A stretch of DNA of 50,182 nt, taken from assembly GCF_004010195.1 (NCBI RefSeq), contig NC_057719.1, forward strand, positions 247,010 to 297,191, read 5' to 3'. Below are positions 24,690 through 36,670 of the stretch, piece by piece; the first letter of the stretch is position 1, and each line of letters starts with the position of its first letter. The position numbers and the translations under genes were made by a program. The DNA is from Chiloscyllium plagiosum (lineage: Eukaryota). The notes under the pieces were generated by a model that was not told the DNA's origin, did not search any database, and worked only from the letters and a program-made list of their open reading frames with translations.

Positions 24690-26780
24690 ATCTGAATTGA
24701 ACTTATTGTCACGTGTACCAAGGTACAATGAAAACCTGTGTCTTGAGAGCAATACAGGAAGATCACAGAGTTAAATAGCATAAATAAGTAAATAATAGAT
24801 AAACAGCAGCATAACAAAAACACAGGTACAGGTGAATACTAGGAGCTGAGTCTCTATTCAATATTCAAACAACAGTAGGGTAGAAACTGTTTCGAAACCG
24901 ACTAGTAGATGCATTCTATAGATGGGAGGTTGGCCTTTGTGATTGTCCAGGCCGAATTCCCACTCTCTGTAACAGTCTCTGACCTTGAATGGTACTGTTA
25001 CCATACCAGGTAGCGATACATCCAGACAGAATGCCCTCGATGGTGCACCTATAAAAATTGGCAAGGGTATTCACCGTCATGCCAAATTTCCTCAGCTGCC
25101 TGAGGAAGAGGAGACATTGTTGGGCCTTTGTAACCAGTGCATCCACAGGAGTCCAAGAAAGCTTGTTGTGGATGGCCACTCCCAGCAGCTTGACATTCTC
25201 CACTTGTTCCACCTCTGCCGAAAGTCAATAATGAGTTCCTTGGTTTTGTCGGCATTGACAGAGATTGTTCTCAGCGCACCATTTTTCCAGGTCCAAGAAG
25301 ACCACTGCCAGTTGATCTGCGCATGCTCCGAGTGCACGGCCTGGTACTCCGTCTGGTCCCATCGCTTTCCTTGGGATTCACATGAAGGAAAACTGATCTG
25401 ATCTCTGATGCAGTGACAGTTGGGATAGGTTCGTCAGGACTTGTCAGAATAGGTGTTACCGCTCTGTCAAACTTCTGCTCAAAGCGAGCATAGAAGGCAT
25501 TGAGATGATCTGGGAGGGATGGGTCATCGTCTGCTATCTTGCACTGTCTCTTTTTAGAACCTGTGATGTCATTCAGTCCTTGCCATAGTCGGCGAGTGTC
25601 TGTCTGGGTCTCGAGTTTGGATCGGTATTGGTCCTTGCCTGTCTTAATGGCTCTGTGAAGGTCACACTTGGATTCCTTATATTTGAGTGGGTCTCCTGAT
25701 CTGAAGGCCTCACACGTTTTTTTTTTTTTTAAAAAAAGCAGGTTCTGTATGTCCTAATTCATCCAGGGTTTCCTACTGGGTAACACCCGGATTGACTGAC
25801 TTCCTCGGTATGCAGTCCTCCACACACTTGCTGATAAAGTCTGATGGTGGTAGCATACTTGTCCAAGGTACCTGCGGACTGCTTGAACACAACCCAACCA
25901 GCTGATCCCAGACAGCCCTGGAGTGGATCCTCTGCCTCCTCCAACCAGCACAGGACCTATATCCACGGGGGGGGAGTGTGTGGGGGAGTGGGGGTNNNNN
26001 NNNNNNNNNNNNNNNNNNNNNNNNNNNNNNNNNNNNNNNNAGGTCTCCTGCTTGAGCTTTTGCCTACAAGCTGGGAGAAGCACAGCATTGTGGTCAGAGT
26101 TCCCCAAATGAGGGTGGGGGATGGACCAGTCAGCAACTTTCACAGTGGTGTAGCAGTAGTCTAAAATGTTTGGGCCCCTGGTGGGTCAGGTAATGTTCTG
26201 GTGGTACTTGGGCAACACCTTCCTTAGATTGGCTTGATTGAACTCACCGGTTACAATAAACAGGGCCACGGGGTGTTCCGTCTTCAGGGTGTTAGTGGGG
26301 GAGTACAGCACATCCAGAGCTTCCTCAACCTTTGCTTGTGGCAGTATGTACACAGTAGTTAGTAGTATAGCAGCGGGAAATTCCTGTGGTAGATAGAACG
26401 GGCAGCATTTGATGGTGAGAAATTCAAGATTTGGGGAGAAGGAGCAGCCCAGGGTTACAATGTGTGTTCATTACAAGTTGATTAAAGAGCAAACCCCTCC
26501 AACCTTTGTCTTACCAAGGATGCTGTATGGTCCATACAACAGATAGAAAATCCATCAGCCTGAAGTGCACAGTCAGGAATGGATGGGCTGAACCAGGTTT
26601 CTGTGAAGCAGAGTGCACAGCAGTCCTACAGTTCACGCTGGAAGCTGAGCCATGATCTAAAAATTTGTCCATCTTGTTCTCCAGAGATTGTACATTTGTT
26701 AGGAGTAAGTTGGGGTGTGGGTGGAGTCTCCGTCTTACTAGCAGGCCACCCTGCTTCCTTGCAGGTTTCTTACATTTGAG
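24690..26780 (-). mobile_element. Rex1/Babar-type LINE with internal deletions (endonuclease to 3' end), in GLRX5 intron
   Basis: SPNLEFLTIKCCPFYLPQEF and HLGNSDHNAVLL (APE domain), KPWMN, DKTKELIIDFR and NFYRCTIEGILSGCI. Same 3' end as 10894-11570. Confidence 0.82.
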
Positions 26781-26799
26781 TGGTCTGGATTGTGACTGC

Positions 26800-28330
26800 T
26801 TCCAGTTAATCTTAATGCTATAACAACAATAATGAACTACTACTCTACTTCACAAACACAAGAAAATAAATCCACCCATACCACAATTCAAAAAAAAAGG
26901 AAACAAAAACTAAACCAAATTAAAGTAGATTGAACTAAATTAAATTACAGCACTCAGCGCAACACCAAATCTCCCCATCCTAGGAGAATCAGTTGGCATA
27001 CCCATATTTATTTGGGATTCTTCCTCTCAAGGGCCCCCAGCCCAGCAGACACAGCCCTCATGGTTACACAAAGACCCTAATCAATATAGCCAACAAGCCT
27101 GTTCATATAATTCAAAGAGGGCTGCCATGTCATACAAAAGCGTTCCGTTTTCTGGTGCACCATACTTGAAAGGAAGTCTAGGGGGATATGTTCCATAACT
27201 AACCTATGCCATCCCAAAAGTCCTAGGGGATTTTCCAATACCCAGCTGATCAATGTTCTTCCTCACATAATATGAAAGAACATTAAAAAACAGTTTCTTC
27301 CCATACACATCTAACAAGGGCAAATTCGGCAGAGCCAAGTGGAGGGACACTGAATCTACCTTGACCTCTGTCCCCAAGATCCCTTCCAAAACACTCACTC
27401 TTGTTGGGGCACTATATAGCAACAATATCTGTTTTACATTTGAGACACATTGGAGGCATTCCTTTTTAAAGTTTCACAAGCCCCTCTGGAGAACCTTCAG
27501 GTGCACAGCCTGCATCCTATTACAAATTGACATCTTCCTCACATTTTCCCAAACGGCTCCCCATGCTTCTGACGAGATCTCCACCCAAAATTCCTGAGTC
27601 CAGATCCCACAGAGCCGTTCAATGTCCTTCAAGGCACTACCTCTTAGTAAGTGGTAGAGGGTCCCAATCAAGAGAATACTTGTGGACCGAAGTACTCTCC
27701 TCTCCACATCAGACTTATAGGGATTAACCAGTAATGTAGTCTTTTTCGGTATAAAGTCCCCAATCTGAAAATAATGAAAGGCGGTCCCTACTGGACAATT
27801 CACATTTCTGGCTCAGCTGATTGAAAGACATCATGATCTCCCCCTCAAATGAGACTCCCAAATAGGAAACTCCTCTAGACTCCCCAGAACCAAGAGCCAG
27901 AATCCACTGATTCTGGTCGAAATCCTGGCATTCCTGGGAGTAGGAAGGGAAGTTTTATATAAATTGCCCTCACTTTGTCACATCATTCTCCACACTTTAA
28001 CCGTGTTAAGGACAATCGGGTTTTTGCAATGCTCCATAACAGCCCTCATCTTGTCCATAAACTAATTAATAAGGGGGTAATTTTGACTGGGAGGCCTCCA
28101 TGTCCAGCCAAACTGACCTTGGGTCCTGGCAAGCCTAATCATTCACATAGGATAATAGTGAACTTATTTGATATTTCATGAAATCTGGAAAGTCCAAGCA
28201 CCTCCCCCACCAAATCCCCTATATTAAAGCTTGCTAAATTGCAGCTTCTAAGAGGTCACCAGTTATGACACCAGCAGAAAGAACCAGCTGTTAAGTCTCC
28301 CTAATGCTTGCCTAGGTAGCATCAGAGGGC
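26800..28330 (-). mobile_element. L1-clade LINE 3' portion, decayed
   Basis: GG.LDFPDF remnant near 28190, and W..E..VEISSEAWGAVWENVRKMSICNRMQAVHLKVL, typical of fish L1 ORF2 C-termini. Confidence 0.7.
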
Positions 28331-28789
28331 GCATTCACATGTCAAGGCCATGTGATTGTAAGCTTCAGAGGCTTCTTCCTCCAGTTTGCACATGGCCTTG
28401 TGTTAATGGTGGAGGCGGCCCAGGATGGACATGCCATTGGGGGAGTTCAAATGGATGGCGACGAGAAGATAGAGTTGATTGGAGCGTACAGACCATAAAC
28501 ATTCCTTGAACTTCTCTGCGACTTTGCACTCAGTTTCTCTGATGTAGAGGAGACCACAGATACAATAAAGTCAGGTTGGACAAAGAAAGCTAACGTCAAG
28601 TCTAAATGACTTTATGGGAGGTGAAGTAAAGTCACTTCACTTCAGCTCTGATGAAAAATTGTCTAGAATTGAAACATCAGCTTTCTCTCTCCATGGATGC
28701 TGGCTAACCCGCTATGATCTCCAGCATTTGTTGCTTTCAGTATAGACTCCAACGTCTACAGTAAATTGCTCCTACAGAATGTCTGTGGT

Positions 28790-29100
28790 CTGACTAGTAA
28801 GTTTGCAAATACAACAAAGATTGGGGCAGCTGCAATAGTGTGGAGGATTGCCAGAGGATACAGCAGGAAACAGATAATCTGGAAACTTAGATGGAGAAAT
28901 GGCAAATAGAATTTAATCTGGGTAAGTGCAAAATGATGCATTTTAGAAGATCTAATGCGGGAGAGAAGTATACAGTAAATAGCAGAACCCTTAGAAGCAT
29001 TAACAAAAGGGGATCTAGGCTTACAGGTCCAGAGTTCCCTGATAGTGGCAGCAGAAGTGGATAAGGTGGCCATGAAGGCATATGGCATTCTTGCCTTTGT
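28790..29100 (+). mobile_element. CR1-type LINE fragment, continuing at about 30803-31540
   Basis: Degenerate SKFADD..W..EFN..KCK.MHF segment. The downstream part resumes after the Penelope block. Confidence 0.7.
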
Positions 29101-29126
29101 AGTGGTCAGGGTTGGGTATAAAAATT

Positions 29127-30800
29127 AGCACTCCCCCTCCCACTCCACCGAGGATATGCAGGTCATTGGACTCATCCACTGCCAAACCACAACAACCCGA
29201 CGGTCGGAGGAGGAGCGTCTTATCTTCCGACTGGGAACCCTCCAACCGCAGGGGATGAACTTGGACTTCACCAGTTTCTTCATCCCCCCTCCCCCCACCT
29301 TGTCTCAGCCGGATCCCTCCAGCCCGGCACCGCCTTCCTGACCTGCAGTCTTCTTCTTGACCTCTCCGCCTCCATCCTACTCCGACCCACCACCCTCACC
29401 TTGACCTCTTTCCACCTATCACATTTCCAACGCCCCTCCTCCAAGTCCCTCCTCCCTACCTTTTATCTTCTCCTGCTGAACACTCTCTGCTCATTCCTGA
29501 AGAAGGGCCTGTGCCCGAAACGTCGAATCTCCTGTTCCCTAGATGCTGCCTGACCTGCTGTGCTGTTCCAGCAATAAAGTTTCANNNNNNNNNNNNNNNN
29601 NNNNNNNNNNNNNNNNNNNNNNNNNNNNNNNNNNNNNNNNNNNNNNNNNNNNNNNNNNNNNNNNNNNNNNTGGGGGAGGGGATGAAGGTGATAGGTCAGG
29701 GAGGAGAGGGTGGGTAGGTGGAAAAGGAGATAGGCAGGTAGGACAACTCCTGACAAGTCATGGGGACAGTGCTGAGCTGGAAGTTTGGAACTAGGGTGAG
29801 GTGGGGGAAGGGGAAATGAGGAAACTGTTGAAGTCCACATTGATGCCCTGGGGTTGAAGTGTTCCGAGGCAGAAGATGAGGCGTTCTTCCTCCAGGCATC
29901 TGGTGGTGAGGGAGCGACGGTGAAGGAGGCCCAGGACCTCCATGTCCTCGGCAGAGTGGGAGGAGGAGTTGAAATGTTGGGCCACGGGGCAGTGTGGTTG
30001 ATTGGTGCGGGTGTCCCGGAGGTGTTTCCTAAAGCGCTCTGCTTGGAGGCGCCCAGTCTCCCCAATGTAGAGGAGACTGCATCGGGAGCAATGGATACAA
30101 TAAATGATATTAGTGGATGTACAGGTAAAACTTTGATGGATGTGGTAGGCTCCTTTAGGGCCTTGGATAGAGGTGAGGGAGGTGGTGTGGGCGCAGGTTT
30201 TACAGTTCCTGCAGTAGCAGGGGAAGGTGCCAGGATGGGAGGGTGGGTATAGGGGGGCATGGACCTGACCAGGTAGTCACGGAGGGAACGGTCTTTGCGA
30301 AGGCAGAAAGGGGTAGGGAGGGAAATATATCCCTGGTGGTGGCCTCCTTCACCGTCGCTCCCTCACCACCAGATGCCTGGAGGAAGAACGCCTCATCTTC
30401 TGCCTCGGAACACTTCAACCCCAGGGCATCAATGTGGACTTCAACAGTTTCCTCATTTCCCCTTCCCCCACCTCACCCTAGTTCCAAACTTCCAGCTCCG
30501 CACTGTCCCCTTGACTTGTCCGGACTTGTCCGACCTGCCTAGCTCCTTTTCCACCTATCCACTCCACCCTCTCCTCCCTGACCTATCACCTTCATCCCCT
30601 CCCCCACTCACCTATTGTACTCTATGCTACTTTCTCTAGCTTATCTCGCCACACTTCAGGCTCTCGCCTTTATTCCTGATGAAGGGCTTTTGCCCAAAAC
30701 ATCGATTTCGCTGCTCCTTGGATGCTGCCTGAACTGCTGTGCTCTTCCAGCACCACTAATCCAGAATCTGGTTTCCAGCATCTGCAGTCATTGTTTTTAA
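29127..30800. mobile_element. Penelope-like (family A) block with internal inversion
   Basis: EEERLIFRLGTLQPQGMNLDF GIY-YIG tail on + (29127-29584), a minus copy at 29671-30337 and a second + copy at 30338-30800. N gap at 29585-29670. Confidence 0.85.
29493..29528 (+). ncRNA. Minimal type I hammerhead ribozyme motif (family A)
   Basis: AUUC-CUGAAGA-A-GGGC-CUGU-GCCC-GAAA-CG-UC-GAAU. Predicted cleavage after GUC (29524). Identical copies at 39459-39494 (+) and 4854-4889 (-). Confidence 0.78.
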
Positions 30801-31052
30801 CCATATTGCATATAGTTCCAATTGTCACACCATAGGAAGGTTGTAGAGGCTTTGAAGAGGATATAGTAAAAGGCTTACAAGGATATTGCTTGGTTTGGAG
30901 GATATTAACTTGGAGAGATTCAACAAGTTTGGTTTGTTTTCACTTGAACATCAAAAGCCGAGGTGCGACCTGACAATTGGAATAGAAAATTGGATAGAAT
31001 GGATTAGGGGAGAGTCTTTTTTCCCCCCCAGGGTAGAAATGTTAATTACTAG

Positions 31053-31265
31053 GTTAAAAAATCACAACACCAGGTTATCGTCCAACAGGTTTAATTGGAA
31101 GCACAGTAGCTTTCGGAGCGACGCTACTTCATCAGGTGATTGACAATCACCCGATGGAGCGGCACTCCGAGAGCTAGTGTGCTTCCAATTAAACCTGTTG
31201 GACTATAACCTGATGTGTGATTTTTAACATTGTACACTCCAGTCCAACACCGACATCTCCAAATC
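31053..31265. mobile_element. Fold-back Penelope-like terminal-repeat insertion (family B) inside CR1
   Basis: ~85-bp inverted arms centred on GGTGATTG-A-CAATCACC (about 31143). Flanks AATTA(C/T)TAG at 31044-31052 and 31266-31274. Confidence 0.78.
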
Positions 31266-31709
31266 AATTATTAGATCAGTGTGTGGTGAAATGAGGAAGT
31301 TTAAAGGAGATGTGAGTTTTTCAAAACAAAACGCAGCGGATAGCAAGCACCTGTAATGCACTGTCAGAGGTGTTGGTAGAAGCAGATATGCATTTGAGAG
31401 ACATTTTGGCAGATACAAGAACAGGCAGAGAATAGAGGGATATGATCGGATGGCAGCAAAAGGCTTTTAGTTTAGAAAGGCATTGTATTGGTGCAGTCTT
31501 AGTAGGTCAAATGGCCTGTTCCTGTGCTGTACTGTTCTTTGTTGGTTCCCCTTTATCTAACTCGTTGGTTACACCTTTTAAAAGCAAATTTATGCAACAT
31601 GATATCCCTTTCCTGAAACCATGACAACACTGCCCAATCCTAGGTACAGCAAACGTTTATTAACCCAGTCCAAAAACAAAGAGGCTGAATAGTCTTGTGC
31701 TGTCTTCCC

Positions 31710-32010
31710 TGGAAGCAGAGACGGAGAGGTGACATTATAGAGGTTTATAAAACCATGAAGGACATTGATAGGGTAAGTAGACAAGGTCTTTTCCCTGGGG
31801 TGGGGAAGTCCAGAAATAGGGTGTATAGATTTAGGGTGAGGAGAAAGATATAAAAAAAAGGGACAATTTTTTCCTCGCAAAGGGTGGTATATATATGGAA
31901 TGAGCTGCCAGAGGAAGTGGTGGAGGCTGGTACAATTACAGCATTTAAAAGGCATCTGCATGGGTATATAAATCATGACAGTTGCAAAGGATATGGGCCA
32001 AGTTTCCATG
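31710..32010 (+). mobile_element. CR1-type LINE 3' fragment
   Basis: WNELPEEVVEAGTITAFKRHL. Confidence 0.75.
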
Positions 32011-33535
32011 CTGCACATCTCTGGGATCCTATGACCTCTTGGACCAGGAGTGTACTGGTTGATTAAGAGGTTCATACAATCAATGTAAAAACACACATTA
32101 AGTGATAGAACTATAATGTGGGGCCATATAAACATCACATCGCTGTAGTTCACTCAACCTGTTCAGGTGTAACGACAAGCCTGAAAAGATGCTTCTATAA
32201 ACCTATCACAGAAGCCCTCTGCCCAATCATATTACAAATTAAGTTTTTTCAAACTGGAGTGCAAAGACCATCATCTTTCATAACTCTGACCTTTGCAATA
32301 GCTGAGAACTATGTACACATGTTAATAACTCCAACCAACTATGTGACGGGCAAAAGACATCCTGTTTCACACATAGCATTAACTGGGGCAATAAAAAGCT
32401 ACTTCCTATTGGCACCGCCTGTGATGGGTTTCAACCCCAAGGCCCCCAATCTGCAACTACCTGCTGTTACTGTCACTAATTTCAGATTTCGCACTCTTGA
32501 ACCGGATAAGGAAGCAGTGATGGGATTAACATGAAATTACATCATGTCTCTAGCACATTTAATTATCCCAAGCTGGAAATGAACCACATCTCCATTAGGT
32601 CATACATTTCACATGCTCATAGTGTTCTGAGAAATAATATTTGGAATGCACTTTGAATCAGGAGATTGCAACAGGCTGTCCCATGTTTTAGGAACTTGCT
32701 CTGCGTCAAATCATTGCAACATCCATCAATATAATACTGTCTAGCCTCAAAAATTAAAATTGGCAGTGAAAGATACTACAATAAAACATATTACCTCCTT
32801 CTAGTTATGTGGGGAAATCACAATTCAGTTACTAATTGCACATTTCACTGATAAAAATACTAGAGTTTCTTCATAGTTCAGACCTTTGACACTGAGAAGA
32901 ACCTATACATTCCTTCAGAACAGAATTGATCTCAGTTACTCTGGGCTTCTCAAGTCTGATCAGTGGAGTTTGAGGCATGGCTCTCTCCAATTACAAACCT
33001 CCAGTTTGAAGGAAACTTTTATTTATACGGTGCTTTCACATTGTAGGTTATAGAATCGTACAAGCACAAAAGAGGCCTTTCAGCCCATTAATTCTGCATT
33101 ACCAAAAGTATACTACCACCTCCACTAGTCCCATAGTTTTGACTGTTATGACACTTCCAAGTTATCATCCAAGTACTTGTTGAAGGTTGCAAGATTTCTT
33201 GCCTCAACTACTGGCCCAGGCAGCTTCCAGACCCTCAACATCCTCTGGGTGAAAGCGATTTTCTTCAACCCTCACCCCAAAACCTCCTGCTTTTCTCCAT
33301 ACAATCACTCCTTTTCATTATTGACTCTTCAACTAATGGGGAACAGAGTCTCAAAACTCTCCACAGCATTGTGGAAGTCACTGTAAGTAAGAAATGCAGC
33401 GACCAATCTGTGAACAGCATGCTCTCAAGCAGCAATGCGATAATAACCAGTTGTTATCTCTTCATGTGATGGCACTCCTGTTTTTCAGAGTGCCATGGGA
33501 CTACAGCCCACCAAGGTCCTACACCCCTCCCCCAC

Positions 33536-33875
33536 CTTGCCGAATCTCCTGGTCCTCCAGCACGTTGTAGGATCCGTAGTCCTCCACCCCATGCATCCTC
33601 AGGATCTGGACTACAGCGTTACTGAATCCGCACATGGGCTGCGCCGGGGTGCCCTTGATGAAAACCACCACCTTGTCCTTCTTCACCAGACCCTCCAGCC
33701 GCTTGCGGGTCGCGGCCGCCACGGCGGCGCTGCCCGTCCCCTCACCATCCCCGGTGCCGGTGCTGCCGCTGCTTCCTCCTCCGCCCACCGCACCCTCGCT
33801 CAGATCCCGCCTGGGGCCCTGCACCACCGCCCTCCGCGCTGCAGTCCTACACGATATCCTCAACAACGAGAACAT
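33536..33875 (-). CDS. GLRX5: Glutaredoxin-5, mitochondrial, coding exon 1
   Basis: ATG at 33875 opens [23 protein letters not shown] (Arg-rich, presequence-like), then [33 protein letters not shown] with the monothiol CGFS motif. Ends at a phase-1 donor CAAG|GTGGGG (intron starts 33535). GC/CpG-rich. Confidence 0.96.
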
Positions 33876-33899
33876 GTCTATCCCGCAGTGGAGGTGCCG

Positions 33900-34340
33900 C
33901 TCTGTTTCTCCCTCCTCAGTCAGCAGCCTCAAGGGACAACACCCCACTTGACACCCATTGGCTGGTATGACTATGACCTCCGCCCCTGTCCTTAAATCCC
34001 ATTGGTTGTTCACCACATCACTCGGTGAGCGCGGACACCTATTGATTGTTGTGTCTGTCCATCAACCACTGCGCCCAATAGGCGAGGCGGATATCTGATT
34101 CCCGCCCACTTACCCCATGATTGTTAATAACCGGAACATCTTAAAATATAAATCGTATCTGCCACCTTCATTAAAAACTACAATCAAATAAAGAAGTCGT
34201 GGATCCAAGTTTTTCGTTTTTTGTACAAAGATATAGGTAATGGCCGCCCTCGCAGTCTCTGATTGGATTATTGTAGGACAGTAGGCGGGCTGTAATTGGA
34301 CGAGTGTCATGTCAATCTGAGTGGTCGGGATCTGTATCCG
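33900..34340. promoter_or_regulatory. CpG-rich, probably bidirectional promoter (GLRX5 / snoRNA host transcript)
   Basis: CCAAT/ATTGG boxes at 33957, 34001, 34075, 34262 and 34295 (variant at 34041). GC boxes near 33980, 34085, 34101 and 34284. Two clusters separated by an AT-rich spacer. Confidence 0.7.
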
Positions 34341-34402
34341 GGGTCAAGGTCACTGTGTTCGATGCGGTAGCCGGTTTTAAATCGGTCGCTGCTTGTTTCT
34401 CG
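34340..34402 (+). ncRNA. Candidate first exon of a non-coding scaRNA host gene (SNHG10-like)
   Basis: Follows two ATTGG boxes and ends in a donor-like TCG|GTAAGG (GT at 34403-34404). A pyrimidine-rich acceptor TTTTTTAG ends at 37386, beyond the scaRNA. TSS is a guess. Confidence 0.4.
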
Positions 34403-34542
34403 GTAAGGCTGGAGGTAGGGCGAGAGTTTGCCTTGGACAGGGTGGAGAAGGGAAAAGGGCAGAGTAGACTAGTGTCCGCCGCTCCCCTGAGGTGGTCCCA
34501 ATCCCGGATTCATCCCCTGACAACGGCTGCCGCAGTTCTCTG

Positions 34543-34590
34543 GTCCCCATAGCAACCGCCCTCGTTGCTCTGCCCGGTTCCTATGGTAAC
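34543..34590. promoter_or_regulatory. Pair of RFX X-box-like motifs
   Basis: GTCCCCATAGCAAC (34543-34556) and GTTCCTATGGTAAC (34577-34590) resemble the palindromic RFX site GTTGCCATGGCAAC. Confidence 0.45.
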
Positions 34591-35659
34591 CGTCCCCCTT
34601 CCATTTGGGTTTATGCCTCCTTCCAGCCTCCCTCCAAAACATTCTTCATGGGAACAGGAGAAGACCATTCTGCCCCAAATTGAGCCTGATCTGCCATCCA
34701 ACCCAGTGAAACATTGTGGCATCGCAGGAGGCTATTTGGGTCAATAAGCCTACGTGGCATAGAAACACTTTCGGCTAATCTCGTCCATGCCGACTAGGTT
34801 TCTGAAACTGAAAAAGTCCCATTTGCCTGGGTTTGGCCTATATACCTTTAACCCTTTTCTATTCATGCACCTGTCCAAATGGCTCGCTTTTGGTAGCCCT
34901 GTGATTCCTTGATCCCATCAGATGCTTTTTGAGTTTTGTTTCAAAGCCATAATTCCCTGAGACAATGCATTCCAGATCATAACCCACCTGTTATTTTCTT
35001 ATAAATTGTCTGACGTCGCATTTGGTGGGTTCTATTGATAATCGCTTTAATCACTGTAGTGGGCCTTTCTGTCAACAAGAATAGTTTCTGTCATCTGTGA
35101 TCTTCAGATCTCTCATGATTTTGAAATTCTATTGAATTTTGTCTCAACATTCTCTTCTCTAATCTATCCTCATCAATTATTCTCAGAATTTTTTCTGTAC
35201 CCTCCCTAAAAAGTTTCACTAAGATTACAACAGTTGTATATCAACACTATCTAGCAACAAAAGTATTAATTAAGATTTAACTATTAACAGGTGCATCTAC
35301 TGGTCTCATTGTCTGCCAACTTTCATTAAATGGTGTAAGATTTATGTGCAGACATAGGTCAGACAACCCATCCAGTATGTTCCATCCATGCCAGCAATGC
35401 CCATGTCCCAGGATTTAATTTTTTAAAAATTCTCCTGCCTTCCCCCTGTAATTCTGTACAGTCTTCCTGCCCTAATAACTATCTTACTGCCTTTTGAACA
35501 GCTTAACTGAGCCTCCTTTCATCACACACTCTCAGGCTGTGCATTCCAGATCCTAACTGCTTGTTGTTTTACCTCATTCCTTTTGCTTCTTTGATGAATG
35601 ACCGTGGCTCCAATTCACTTGAGGTTTTCTGTATTAGGTGGAAACTATAGGCACGGGAT

Positions 35660-36670
35660 TCATAGAGTCATTGAGATATTCAGCATTGAAACAGACTCTT
35701 TGGTGTTCAAAGTCTGTGAGAAGATTTGTAGCTCAGGTGCTCGTTGTTGTGGTTCTGTTCGCCGAGCTGGGAATTTGTGTTGCAGACGTTTCGTCCCCTG
35801 TCTAGGTGACATCCTCAGTGCTTGGGAGCCTCCTGTGAAGCGCTTCTGTGATCTTTCCTCCGGCATTAGTCGCGCCACACGCAGGTGACAAGCAACATGA
35901 GTTCGACTGGGACAACACTACTATTATAGGACAAGCCAAACAGAGAACAGCCAGGGAATTCCTAGAAGCATGGCACTCATCCAAATATTCAATCAATAAG
36001 CACATCGACCTGGACACAATATACCGACCACTGCAGTGGACAGCTGGAACTGACAACCGGAAGCGGCAGATTCAAACCACTACAAATGCCGGAGGAAAGA
36101 TCACAGCAGTGCTTCACAGGAGGTTCCCAAGCACTGAGGATATCACTTAGACAGGGGACGAAACGTCTGCAACACAAATTCTCAGCTCGGCGAACAGACC
36201 CTTTGGCCTAACTCGTCCATGCTGACCAGATATCCCAACCCAATCTAGTCCCACCTGGCCCATATCCCTCCTAAGCCCTTCCTTTTCATATACCCATCCA
36301 TGCCTTTTAAATGTTGCGATTGTACCAGCCTCCACCACTTCTTCTGACAGCTCATTCCATACACGTACCACCCTCTGAGTGAAAATGTTGCCTCTTAGGT
36401 CGCTTCTGTATCTTTCCCCTCTCCCCCTAAACCAATGCCCTCTAGTTCTGGACTCACCCACCCCAGGGAAAAGACTTTGTCTATTTATCCTATCCACGCC
36501 CTTCATAATTTTATAAACCTCAATAAGGTCACCCCTCAGCCTCCGATGCTCCAGGGAAATCAGCCCCAGCCTGTTCAACCTCTCCCTATAGCTCAAATCC
36601 TCCAACCTTGGCAATATCCTTGTAAATCTTTTCTGAACCTTTTCAAGTTTCACAACATCTTTCTGATAAA
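35660..36670 (-). mobile_element. CR1-type LINE 3' portion interrupted by a Penelope-like insert
   Basis: LEKVQKRFTRILP..LSYRERLNRLGL.SLE.RRLRGDLIEVYKI..RTRGH. Confidence 0.88.
35706..36192. mobile_element. Penelope/Poseidon-like (family C) fold-back insertion
   Basis: Inverted terminal repeat (35706-35866) plus a + strand HEFDWDNTTIIGQAKQRTAREFLEAWHS tail and a second repeat. TSD AACAGAC(T/C)CTTTGG at 35690-35703 and 36193-36206. Hammerhead motifs at 35782-35821 (-) and 36131-36170 (+). Confidence 0.85.

Noticed and set aside
23536..33535. GLRX5 intron is exactly 10,000 bp
   Set aside because: Coincidence. It contains two N gaps of estimated size.
33495..33995. + strand ORFs of 166 and 105 aa
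   Set aside because: Antisense shadows of the GC-rich GLRX5 exon 1 with no recognisable protein.
33876..34016. 47-codon in-frame N-terminal extension of GLRX5 in the ORF track
   Set aside because: It starts at a non-ATG codon inside the CCAAT-box promoter region. The ATG at 33875 gives a typical mitochondrial presequence.
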